Assembly: GCA_964651225.1 (NCBI GenBank)
Contig: CAZYYD010000011.1
Location: 25,160 to 89,159, forward strand
Length of the DNA: 64,000 bases
Source: an uncultured Ignavibacteriaceae bacterium
GTDB taxonomy: Bacteria > Bacteroidota > Ignavibacteria > UBA10030
Direction of reading: 5' to 3'
Shown piece after piece: positions 43,220-53,700 of the stretch. Position 1 is the stretch's first letter. Every line of letters begins with the position of its first letter. The position numbers and the translations under genes were made by a program. The notes under the pieces were generated by a model. The model made no database searches, was not told where the DNA came from, and was given only the letters and a program-made list of their open reading frames with translations.

Positions 43220-45418
43220 CTATTTTGAATGGAGAACGAACACACCGTTCCAGTCTTCTGCCGGTGGAGTAATTTGATAGAGTTTCATCCGCTCGATATA
43301 CAGCCGGGAGACAGGATCGTTGGAGATTTGCTGCATCGCGTGTTCCATATAGGCGATCCCTTCATCCCACCGGCGTTCCTGATATGCTTTCAATCCTTCA
43401 CCGTAAATTTCGAGGAAGTACTTCATGGTGTCACTGAGGGGTTTATCGGCGATGCTGAGTAATTCATAAATACGGACAAATTCTGATTTACCGACCACCT
43501 GAACGCGGTCGACCTCGCGGACATGGACTCGTTTGCCTGCCTTCTGATATGTTGATTCAGAAATTAAAATACCCGTTCCATATTGTTTGTTCACCCCTTC
43601 GAGACGGGAGGCAAGATTGACGGGATCGCCCATCGCTGTATAATTGAGCTTCTGTTCGGAACCCATATTCCCGACGACACACATTCCTGTGTTGACGCCG
43701 ACGCGCTGGCGGACCTCGCCGCCGGCCATTTTTTGAAGTTTCGGTTGGATTCGTTCCAGCTGTGCCTGCATTTCCAGTGCAGCGGAACAGGCATGGAACG
43801 CTGTATCGGTGTCGGGGAGCGGGGCACCCCAAAATGCCATGATCGCATCACCGATAAATTTATCCACCGTGCCCCCCTTTTTCAGGATCACATCGGTCAT
43901 TTCGGTGAGGTACACATTCATCAGTTTCACTAGTGTCTCTTCACTCACCCGCTCGGAAAAAGTCGAAAAGTTCTTCACATCGGAGAAGAGAATGCTGATC
44001 TCGCGCCGTTCACCACCGAGTTTTACCAGTCCGGGATTGTTGATGAGAATCTCGACGACCGTGCTGTCGACATAACGGCCGAACATATCCGTGATCATCT
44101 TGCGCTGACGCCCTTCTGTAGCCGCACGGTATGCAACGGTAGACACATAGCATATGAGAAAGGCGGTAAGCGGCTCGACAACGTTAAAAAGCACATGCGC
44201 AGAGGTGAATGCGACGATCGCAAATGTTAAGTACAGAACAAATGCAAGGATCCATGTCAGAACACCGACTCTAATGTGGCGCGTTTGTGCCACGAAGCCA
44301 ATGAGAAGTGTGACGAGAACGAGAAGGAAGAATTGGATCCACCATGGTGCAGGCGTAAGGAAGGAATTCGTCACTACCATATCGTAGACATTGGCATGCG
44401 TGAGAAATCCCGCTGCGGTCTCGTCAACCGGCGTTGCGTAGTAATCACCCACCGAACGGATCGTCGGCCCAATGATACAGACCTTCCCTTTGAACTGTTC
44501 AAAGAATTTCTCATTCCGTTGTTTAGCAGCTTCCAGGATGTCATAGAAGGAAACCGATGGAAGGTTCTCGCTTTTCCCGATATAATTGATGAATACCTCT
44601 CCCCACAGACCGGTATGGATCGTCAGCGGACCTGCCGTGACGATCGTTCCGCTTTCCGTGTCTTCAAATTTTACTTGTGCCGGATCGATATTCAAGACAT
44701 TGAGCGCTAGTGCAAACCCAATGGCGGGATATAGCCGCCCCGCATATTCGATGTACAACGGCATGGACCGGATCACACCATCCAGCGTATCGGGAATGAG
44801 CAGCGCATGACCAACTCCTTTGGAAACATCGGCCAGCTCCTGGAAAGGATAGTCGTTGATAAAGGGGGCGCGAAGGAAATGATTCTGCCGGGGTGCAGGG
44901 ATTCCGAATCTTCCGATGATATGATGTGCTGTGCTGTCGACATCGCGCCGGCTGACTTGTTCACGTTCAGTCCTGGAAGGAATGAACGGCCCGATCACCT
45001 GATAAATATTTTTTGCCGTTGAAAGATATTGGAGAAGAAGAGCGTTTTCAGTGCTGTCGATATCCTGCCGGTAGGGAAGAAGGACATCCAGTGCAACCGC
45101 GCGTGCTCCTGAATTGCTCAGGAGTGTCATCACCGCACCGTATTGATCACGCGGAATGGGCCAGCCGAGTTGTTTGTCGGTATAGTCGTCGATCTTGATC
45201 ATCACGACGCTTTGGGAATTTTCCCGGACACCGCGTATCCGCATCAGCATATCAAAACTGCGCCGTTCAAGTGCGGCAAAAAAATTTGTTCCAAGGGTTT
45301 TCGAGACGAACGCGGCATTGAAGAGCAGTTCAACAAAAATAATTGTGATGACTGCTATAAAAACGCCGATGAACTGCTTCCAGGAGGATTTTTTTTCTTG
45401 CGCGGACATCATATGCAT
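43220..45418 (-). CDS. CHASE2 sensor domain-containing class III adenylate/guanylate cyclase
   Basis: An N-terminal TM helix is followed by a ~330-aa periplasmic CHASE2-like region and 3 TM helices. The cyclase core is ISILFSDVKNFSTFSE...VDKFIGDAIMAFWGAP...VGVNTGMCVVGNMGSEQKLNYTAMGDPVNLASRLEG. Confidence 0.9.
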   Translation of the reverse strand: MHMMSAQEKKSSWKQFIGVFIAVITIIFVELLFNAAFVSKTLGTNFFAALERRSFDMLMRIRGVRENSQSVVMIKIDDYTDKQLGWPIPRDQYGAVMTLLSNSGARAVALDVLLPYRQDIDSTENALLLQYLSTAKNIYQVIGPFIPSRTEREQVSRRDVDSTAHHIIGRFGIPAPRQNHFLRAPFINDYPFQELADVSKGVGHALLIPDTLDGVIRSMPLYIEYAGRLYPAIGFALALNVLNIDPAQVKFEDTESGTIVTAGPLTIHTGLWGEVFINYIGKSENLPSVSFYDILEAAKQRNEKFFEQFKGKVCIIGPTIRSVGDYYATPVDETAAGFLTHANVYDMVVTNSFLTPAPWWIQFFLLVLVTLLIGFVAQTRHIRVGVLTWILAFVLYLTFAIVAFTSAHVLFNVVEPLTAFLICYVSTVAYRAATEGRQRKMITDMFGRYVDSTVVEILINNPGLVKLGGERREISILFSDVKNFSTFSERVSEETLVKLMNVYLTEMTDVILKKGGTVDKFIGDAIMAFWGAPLPDTDTAFHACSAALEMQAQLERIQPKLQKMAGGEVRQRVGVNTGMCVVGNMGSEQKLNYTAMGDPVNLASRLEGVNKQYGTGILISESTYQKAGKRVHVREVDRVQVVGKSEFVRIYELLSIADKPLSDTMKYFLEIYGEGLKAYQERRWDEGIAYMEHAMQQISNDPVSRLYIERMKLYQITPPAEDWNGVFVLHSK

Positions 45419-45583
45419 CTTCCTCGATGTCGTGGGATAAAGGGATGGTCGGCAAAACTGGAGCTAATCTAACAAGGTGGAAGACCAAATGCAAGGAGAG
45501 GAAGTCCTTTGGTTATTAATTGGACTAATTTGATATTCCTTGTCGAAAATGCTGATTATTGAGAATAAAGCAGGATTTGCGGC

Positions 45584-45612
45584 TTGACTTAGGCGGAAAT
45601 TCTTGCTATGAT
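45584..45612 (+). promoter_or_regulatory. Sigma70-type promoter for the thioredoxin-like gene
   Basis: TTGACT (45584-45589), a 17-nt spacer, then TATGAT (45607-45612), 34 nt upstream of ATG 45646. Confidence 0.5.
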
Positions 45613-45645
45613 TTCGCTACAAAATACTTCATCACGGGGATAGCT

Positions 45646-46242
45646 ATGCATATCATCAGAGCTTCCATCGTTTCATTTCTCATTTTCCTTTCTTTCTTCC
45701 AGTTCAGCAACGCTCTCAATGCAAAACCTCTCAGGCCGGACTCTCTCAAGATAGGCGAAGAAGGCCCTCCTTTTGTCATGCGCAACCTCATTTCGGATGA
45801 CGGAGTGTACTTGCGTGATTTCACAGGAAAAACACTTCGTGAACCCTGGAAAAAGAAGGAGCGGCACATCGTTGTTCTGAGTTTCTGGGCCACATGGTGC
45901 CAGCCTTGTAAAAACGAAATTCCTCTTTTAAAGAAACTTTCAGAGGAATTTAAGGACCAGCCGGTGAAGTTCTTCCTCGTCAATACGATGGAAAAGCCTG
46001 AACAGACGGAAGATTCTGTGCGGGAAACCTATAAATCCCGCAGGTATACTCTCACCTGTTTAGTCGATCCGGCCATGCGTTACGCCGGGCTCTACACAGT
46101 TCGCAGTCTTCCTATGCTCGTCGTCATAGATAAATATGGGATTGTGCGCAAAATCAATCGCGGTTATCATGAAAATTTCCAAATTGAATTGGATAAATTG
46201 CTCCAGGAACTCTTGAAGGAAGACGAGACGATAAAGAAGTAG
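45646..46242 (+). CDS. TlpA/ResA-like thiol:disulfide oxidoreductase (exported thioredoxin fold)
   Basis: ATG 45646 gives the signal peptide MHIIRASIVSFLIFLSFFQFSNALNA. The active site is FWATWCQPCKNEIP (C-x-x-C). Confidence 0.85.
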   Translation: MHIIRASIVSFLIFLSFFQFSNALNAKPLRPDSLKIGEEGPPFVMRNLISDDGVYLRDFTGKTLREPWKKKERHIVVLSFWATWCQPCKNEIPLLKKLSEEFKDQPVKFFLVNTMEKPEQTEDSVRETYKSRRYTLTCLVDPAMRYAGLYTVRSLPMLVVIDKYGIVRKINRGYHENFQIELDKLLQELLKEDETIKK

Positions 46243-46300
46243 CATTTGAGTATATTTTCCTTCACGCGTATCCATCGACCAATGCAGAACGGGGTGTTTG

Positions 46301-46801
46301 ATGGTGCATCGGCTACTATGGTTTGTATGCTGTACGATTCTTTTTGTTTCCTGCGGTACGACTGAGAAAATTCCTCCCAAGCCTTCCATCCTTTGCGGTA
46401 TCATGTCTTTTGAATCACGTGCAGGAATGAAGACCGGTGAAGCAGAAAGCGTCGCAGACATGTTTGCGACCGTGCTGCAAAAGAGCGGCCGATTCACGGT
46501 CGTGGAAAGAAAGCAATTGAATGCAGTTCTTCAGGAGCAGGGATTTCAATCTGCACAAGGGGGAGAAGACGCTGCCAGAGCCGGGAAAATATTGGCTATA
46601 AAGAAAATGTTTTCAGGTTCTCTCGGCAAGCTGGGGGATGCATATATTTTCAACCTCAAGATGATCGACGTGGAATCATCGCGCGTCGATCTTGCTGTTT
46701 CACGGACATACGATGACGATCTCGAAGATATTGGCGAGAAATTCTTGCCGGATGTTGTTCATGAAATACTCCAGACTCTCGACGGTTCGCCGAGGCCATA
46801 A
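46301..46801 (+). CDS. Lipoprotein with CsgG/LpoB-like (COG1462-type) module
   Basis: Lipobox ILFVSC. The module is IMSFESRAG...ESVADMFATVLQKSGRFTVVERKQLNAVLQEQGFQ......GKILAIKKMFSGSLGKLGDAYIFNLKMIDVESSRV, which fits the CsgG-family N-terminal pattern as I recall it. Confidence 0.65.
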   Translation: MVHRLLWFVCCTILFVSCGTTEKIPPKPSILCGIMSFESRAGMKTGEAESVADMFATVLQKSGRFTVVERKQLNAVLQEQGFQSAQGGEDAARAGKILAIKKMFSGSLGKLGDAYIFNLKMIDVESSRVDLAVSRTYDDDLEDIGEKFLPDVVHEILQTLDGSPRP

Positions 46802-46966
46802 GCCGGGAGAGTGCCCCATTCTCCAATGGGGAGCAGGTTCAACTATAGTTTGAATTGTGATCGTCGAACGATGAGAACAGAATGCTCACTCCAATTCGGG
46901 AAACCGAATAACCACACGAAACCATTTCGCAACTTTTCAAAGATATCAGATTGAGGAGAAAGACTC

Positions 46967-47659
46967 ATGCGTACCTTCCTTTGTCCATCACTGATTCGAT
47001 TCGTCCTCGGGATCTATGGTTTATTTCTTGCTGCCCCCGCGGCACTCAGCCAGCAGCAAAAGGGGCAGCAGGCCGTCAAGAAAATAAATGTTGCCGTCAT
47101 GGATTTTAATGCACGCGGCGGCATCACCGCAGAAGAAGCAGCAACATTATCCGATGTCTTTCAAAGCAGATTGTCCCAGTTCAAAGAGCTGACCTTAGTT
47201 GACCGCAATCGGATCAAAGCGATCCTCCAGGAACAGGGATTCCAGCAGTCGGAAGCATGCTCGCAGGTTGAGTGTTTGGTGGAAGCTGGAAAAATCCTGA
47301 AGGTCGAAAAAATGTTCGCTGGCAGCATCGGAAAAGTAGGCAAGATCTTTAACGTGAATGTCCAGTTGATCGACGTCCAGACATCTCAAATTCTCCAAAC
47401 GATGAGCAAGCAGCACAGCGACGATATTGAAGAGTTGGTGTCGGATATTGTTCCGACGATGGCAGATGATCTCGGGGGTGAATTAACCGGCAATACTGAG
47501 CTTGTGCAGTCGCGCAGGGGGAGCTCTACATGGTTGTGGTATGTCCTGGGGGGTGTGGCTGTGGCCGGAGGTGCTGCGGCTGCGGTGTTATCGAGTAGTA
47601 AAAACAATCCTCCCTCGTCTACGACGACACCGTTGCCAGATTCACCGGCATTTCCATGA
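46967..47659 (+). CDS. Paralogous CsgG/LpoB-like module protein with C-terminal TM helix and S/T/P-rich tail
   Basis: Signal peptide. The module is INVAVMDFNARGG...LSDVFQSRLSQFKELTLVDRNRIKAILQEQGFQQSEACSQVECLVEAGKILKVEKMFAGSIGKVGKIFNVNVQLIDVQTSQI, followed by WLWYVLGGVAVAGGAAAAVL. Confidence 0.65.
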   Translation: MRTFLCPSLIRFVLGIYGLFLAAPAALSQQQKGQQAVKKINVAVMDFNARGGITAEEAATLSDVFQSRLSQFKELTLVDRNRIKAILQEQGFQQSEACSQVECLVEAGKILKVEKMFAGSIGKVGKIFNVNVQLIDVQTSQILQTMSKQHSDDIEELVSDIVPTMADDLGGELTGNTELVQSRRGSSTWLWYVLGGVAVAGGAAAAVLSSSKNNPPSSTTTPLPDSPAFP

Positions 47660-47743
47660 ATGGTAGAGCTCAGGATTCCGAAGTTAGAAATTAGGCGATA
47701 GATGATAGAGAGATAGTAAAAGCAGTAAAACGGATTTAGAAAG

Positions 47744-50700
47744 ATGATGGGAAAACTTATGCTACAATCCGATTCAGACCCGTTCAATTCCAATAACTAT
47801 TTCCAGTCTGTTAAGACGCCGGGCAACCTTGTCAAAGTTTACCTGGGTCAACCTAAGAGAACTTTGACAAGGTTCTCTTGGTCACCATCCGAAGTCAACC
47901 ATTCCCACCACTTAAGCGACTTACCTCGCTCCACTCGTCAGAGCGGGTCGGAGAGGTTTGCATTACTCCTTTTGCTCCTCCTCTTGTTCTCAGGTGTTGC
48001 TCTTGGTCAAATTCCCACAATCACAGACTTCAATCCTAAATCAGGTCCGGTCGGCACAATAGTTACTATTTCAGGTACCAACTTTGATCCGATAAATACC
48101 AATAATGTTGTTTACTTTGGGGCCGTCAAAGGGAGCGTGACCTCGGGAACCAGCACCGGTCTTACAGTCACAGTACCGTCGGGGGCGACTTTCGAACCAA
48201 TCACTGTAACGAATATAATCACAGGTTTGACTGCATATTCAGCAAAGCCGTTTGCAATTATGTTTCCGAGCATCGGGATACTCGATGCCGGTTCGTTCTC
48301 TCCCAAGCTGGATTTTGGAGCTGCCAATTCTCCTCATGATATCAAAATGGGAGATATCGACGGGGACGGCAAGTCCGACCTCGCTCTAGCATGTTCAGGG
48401 AGCAACGCTGTTTCAGTCGTGCGGAACACGAGCAGCGATGGGATATTATCCTTCGCTGCCAATGCGGATTTCGCTGCAATGGCCTCTCCGCAAGGGGTCG
48501 CCATCAGTGACATTGACGGAGACGGCAAGCTGGATCTGGCGGTGGTGAACTGGAATGGAGCTTCGGTATCCCTATTTCGAAGCTTGAGCTCTCCCGGGAC
48601 TATTTCATTTGCCGGAAGGATTGATAGTAGCACAGTCGGCAGACCAGAACGAATCGCTGTAGGTGATTTGGACCGTGACGGAAAACCGGATCTGGTTATC
48701 GGTAACGGAAACGGCCAATTGTCCATTTTCCGCAACACCAGCAGTGTTGGGAATATTTCCTTTGCTGTAAGGATCGACATACCCATAACGAACGGACCGA
48801 CCGATGTTGCCGTAGCTGATATTGATGGTGATGGGAATCCGGATATCATTGAAACCAACTACGGAAGCAATACCGTTGCTGTCTTGCGGAATATCAGCAC
48901 GTTGGGAAATCTCTCATTTGAGTCCCCTGTAAGTTTTGTCACTGCAGGTTATCCAGGAAAGGTCGCAGTCACAGATCTCGACGGCGACGATAAGAACGAT
49001 ATTGCCGTGAGCACACAATTGGGGAAGATCTCCATTCTACGCAATACGTCGAGCGGCACGACGATTTCGTTCGCTGCGAAGACGGATATCACTACCACTA
49101 GCGAACCGCATGCAATTGCCGCGGGAGATTTGGATGGGGATGGAAAACCCGACATCGTTATCACGTTTGCCGGTGATGTCAGTACGATCGTTGCTTACTT
49201 GAATTCATGTACTCCGGGGAATATTTCGTTCAAGTCACCGGCCAATTACATAGGCGGCTGGTGGGAGGATGCCGTTGCCATCGGCGACCTTAATGGAGAT
49301 GGAAAACCGGACATAGCCGCAGCAAATATGGGCGGAAACAACGGATCAGCTCTTCGGAACCGGATACCAGTTGATAATCAGCACGCCGGTCTCGTCGCGT
49401 TCTATCCCTTCTCCGGCAATACAGCCGACAGCTCCGGTGACGGCAACCACGGGACCAACAATGGCGCAACACTCACCGCAGATCGGTTTGCGAAGCCGGC
49501 TATGGCATACGACTTCGATGGAACGAGTGCTAGCATAACATGCGGCAATCCTGCATCATTGAATATCAATTCTGCGATCTCCATGAGTGCGTGGATCAGA
49601 CCGCGCTCGTTAGCGACTAGCAGAATCGTTTCCAAAGGGGGCGCAAACGCCGGATACGAATTGCTTGTGAGCAATCCCAATGTTGTTCTTGCGTTGAATC
49701 AGAATAACCTCAGCACTGTTGACATATCCTCATATCTCAATCAGTGGCTATACATTGTCGGTACATGGGATGGATCGGCGACAAGAATCTATGTCAATGG
49801 TGTTTTACGATCAACCGTTGCGTATGCAACGCAGATCGTTAATTCCTCAAACGAACTTGTCATCGGGCAGGATGCCTCGCTCTCGCCGGAATATTTTAAT
49901 GGTGCCATCGACGATATTCGGATATACAATCGCGCACTTCGTTCAGGAGAAATTGATACACTCTATCATGCAGGAGGGTGGGCGCTTCCTCCACCAACAA
50001 TTACCGACTTCTCACCCAAATCGGGTTCCGCTGGGACAACAATAACCATCACTGGCACGAACTTTAATCCAATATCGATACAGAATGTCGTTTATTTCGG
50101 CGCTGTCAAGGGGAGTGTGACATCAGGAACAAGCACAGGAATTACTGTTACGGTTCCAACCGGTGCCACATATGCTCCGATCACGGTGACGGATACGACG
50201 ACGAAGCTGACAGCTTTCTCGACAAAACCGTTTATACCTAAATTCACTTCTATTCAGCAAATTGATTCGACTTCATTTGCCGCTAAAATGGATTTTGGAT
50301 TGGCAAACGGTACTTATGATGTCGCTTTTGGTGATATCAATGGAGATGGAAAACCAGAACTCTTAACAACAAATTTCGGAAACGCCACATTCTCGGTTCT
50401 CACAAATACGAGTAGCGGCAACTCTCTTTCCTTCGCGGCGGGAGCAAATTTCCCTTCGGCTGGAAATCCACAGTGTGTAACACTCGGTGATATCGATGGT
50501 GATGGAAATTTGGATGTAATCACCGCAAATTACGGTGTCTCCATATCGCGAAATACGACAACAACTGTCACCCCATCGTTCGCTGCTAAATTGGATCTGA
50601 CCGGGGGAAGCAACGCAACCAGTGTCGCGATTGGCGATATTGATGGAGATGGCAGACCAGATCTGGCTGTGGGTAACTATACTTCTGCTGATGTGGTTTC

Positions 50701-53700
50701 AGTGCTTCAAAATACAAGTATTGGAGGAGTTATCTCGTTTGCTCCGAAGATTGATTTCACAACAGGAACATCTTCCAAAGCGATAGTTCTCGGTGATATT
50801 GATGGGGATGGTAAACCTGACCTTGTCGTCACGAATGACGATTTGGCTAGTATTTCGGTTTTACGGAACACGAGTACGAATGGAGTCATTTCTTTTGCAT
50901 CCAATGTAGATATTTCTACTCGAACATGGCCGGGAAAAGTTGTCTTGAGTGATGTCGACGGTGACGGCAAATTGGATGTCTTTGCAGGGTGCAGTGGTTA
51001 TGTCTCTGTATTGCGGAATACGAGTACGACGGGTGCAGTATCTTTTGCGGTAACTATTGACTATGCGGTTGGAAATGGCAGTGTCAAACTTGCTGCTGGC
51101 GATCTTGACGGAGATGGGAAACCTGATATTGCAGCAACAGCATATAATAATAATAGGATTTCTGTTTTCCGGAATATCAGCAGTATTGGCAATGTATCTT
51201 TTGAGGTAAAAGTGACTTATCCGGCAGGAAGCCTACCTATGGGTGTTGCGATTTGTGATGCGAATGGTGATGGAATGCCCGACATCGCGACGGGATACAT
51301 TTCTGAAAATGTCGTTTCAGTTTTCCGCAATCAAATTCCGGAGAATATTCCACCCGCAGCACCAACGGGGCTTGTTGCTTTTAAAGGTAACGGCAAAGTC
51401 ACGCTGAAATGGAACAAAAACACTGAGGCCGATATGCTGCGCTATCGGATTTATCGCAGCACTGCACCAAATCCCACGGCAAAGATCGATTCAACAACGG
51501 GTGGTATCAATGATACCAGCAAAGTCATAAGCGGTCTTGTGAATGGTACCCTGTATTACTTCCGTGTCACCGCTGTCGATACCGGGGGTATGGTGAGTGG
51601 ATATTCCAACAACGCGAGCGCCGCGCCTGGTGTGATATCACTCTGTGTATCAACAACAGGAAATGATGGAAACCTTGGTACGCCTGCCGCTCCGTTTCGT
51701 AACATCCAGACAGCACTCATAAAAGCAGGCTCTGGCGATACAGTCAAAGTAGCTGCCGGCAGCTACAATGAAACTCTGGTCCCCTCTGCCCAGGTTACAC
51801 TTAAGGGGGGATATTCATTAACCTTCACTGAATCCAGCCGGGACCTCATTGCACAGAAAACAACGCTTGGGTCTGCTGGAGGGGAGATCATTCGCGACAA
51901 TCAAAGCTCGACGATCGATGGGTTTGTGTTCGACGGGACGAATGTGCCGAGCAACTACAATGCCATTACGATCAGTGGCGGATACGCGACGATCACGCAC
52001 AACGTCCTTACAAAATCGCATAACAGCGGATGCATTGTGGTGCGGATCAATTCGGGTGCGGGGGCGTTGGTACAGAATAATACAATAGTGCAGAACGCCC
52101 TTTCCGGCGGCGGCGTTTCAGTGATCGGCATTTCTATCGTGTCGAGTGCCAATCCATCAACGCTTGTCCAAAACAACATCATTACAACCACCGGTATTGG
52201 AATCGTCAATGATCTGAGTTCATCGATCGCAGACTATAATTGCATCGACATCGGCGGCGGATACGGTTACCATGGAACATATACAGCGCCCGGCCCGCAT
52301 GACATCAGTTCATCTCCGAAACTTGTCTATCCGGCCGGAGGAGACTACAGGCTGAAGGGAGGCTCTCCCTGCATCGACGCTGGAAATCCAACGGATCCGA
52401 TTGGTGAAGAACCGATCCCAAACGGCAACAGGATTGACATCGGTGCATACGGCGGAACAAAGAATACGACGAAGAGCGGATGGAATCCCGTCACTTGTGT
52501 TTCCACCAACGGCAGCGATGCGAATGACGGCTCCGCCGCATCTCCATACCTTACCATCCAGTACGCTCTGATGCACGCACTGGGCGATACGATCAAAGTG
52601 GCGACCGGAACATATGCCGAAGGGTTGACCACGTTCTCGCCGGGAATTCTTCGCGGCGGTTATCCGGAATCGTTCGATGAGAAATCGCGCAATATTCACC
52701 AGTACCGAACCACGATTCAGGCGGTCGGTTCCACCATGTGGAACGATGCGTTTGGCGTCGACGTGGACGGATTCTATTTTGACGGCATGTCAACCCTTGC
52801 GAATGTAGGTCTTGAACTTTGGAAACCGGTGACGATTTCTCATAACGTCATTCTCAATGTGTTGACAGGAGCGTTTGTCGGCGGCATCAAGGTTCACGCA
52901 AGTGCAACCGTCGTGAATAACGTACTCTATCATTGCGCTTATGGCTTTTGGTTGGAAAGTGAAGCGATCGGAGGATCATTCAAAAACAACATTATTGCCA
53001 ATAGCACTTCGTACGGCGTGTTCAACGCGGCAGCAGATGGATTATTGACGTACAATTGCTACTACAACAACTCGCTGGGAAATTATAGTCTCGGGGCGCC
53101 GTATAGGGCAAGCGGTATCGGAGAAATCACCGCAAATCCACTTTTCCGTGCTCCGGCTTCGCTCGATTTTCGATTGCAATCAAATTCGCCGTGCATCAAT
53201 GCTGGCGATCCGGATGTATCATACAACGATCCCGATGGTTCGCGCTCTGATATGGGAGTATTCTACTATGATTCCCCGCCAGCCGCACCTCAGAATTTGA
53301 CTGCAACAGCAGGTGAGGGCTCTATAACACTCAACTGGACTCAGAATACAGAACCGGATCTCTTGCGATATAGAATATTCGGGGGCACTTCTCCGAATCC
53401 AACTACTCAAATTGACTCGACATTGAATGGAGCGGTTACATCACGAAATTATAGCGGTTTGCAGGTTGGTGTGACAAGATACTATCGCTTGAAAGCAGTC
53501 GATAATACATTGAACGAAAGCATTTATTCGAATGAAGTAAACGCTACACCCATTCCATCACCACTTCAGGTCGATTCACTGGCTCTTGTGGCTTTATATA
53601 ACAGCACGAACGGATTGAACTGGACGAACAAAACAAACTGGCTGACAGGAGCGGTGTCGACATGGTTTGGAATAACGGTTTCCAATGGGCGCGTCACGAA

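Noticed and set aside
47660-48010. c-di-GMP (GEMM) riboswitch upstream of the giant adhesin gene
   Set aside because: Adhesin leaders often carry such riboswitches and a cyclase gene is nearby. However, I could not find the conserved GEMM-I/II sequence blocks. Only the simple hairpin is reported.
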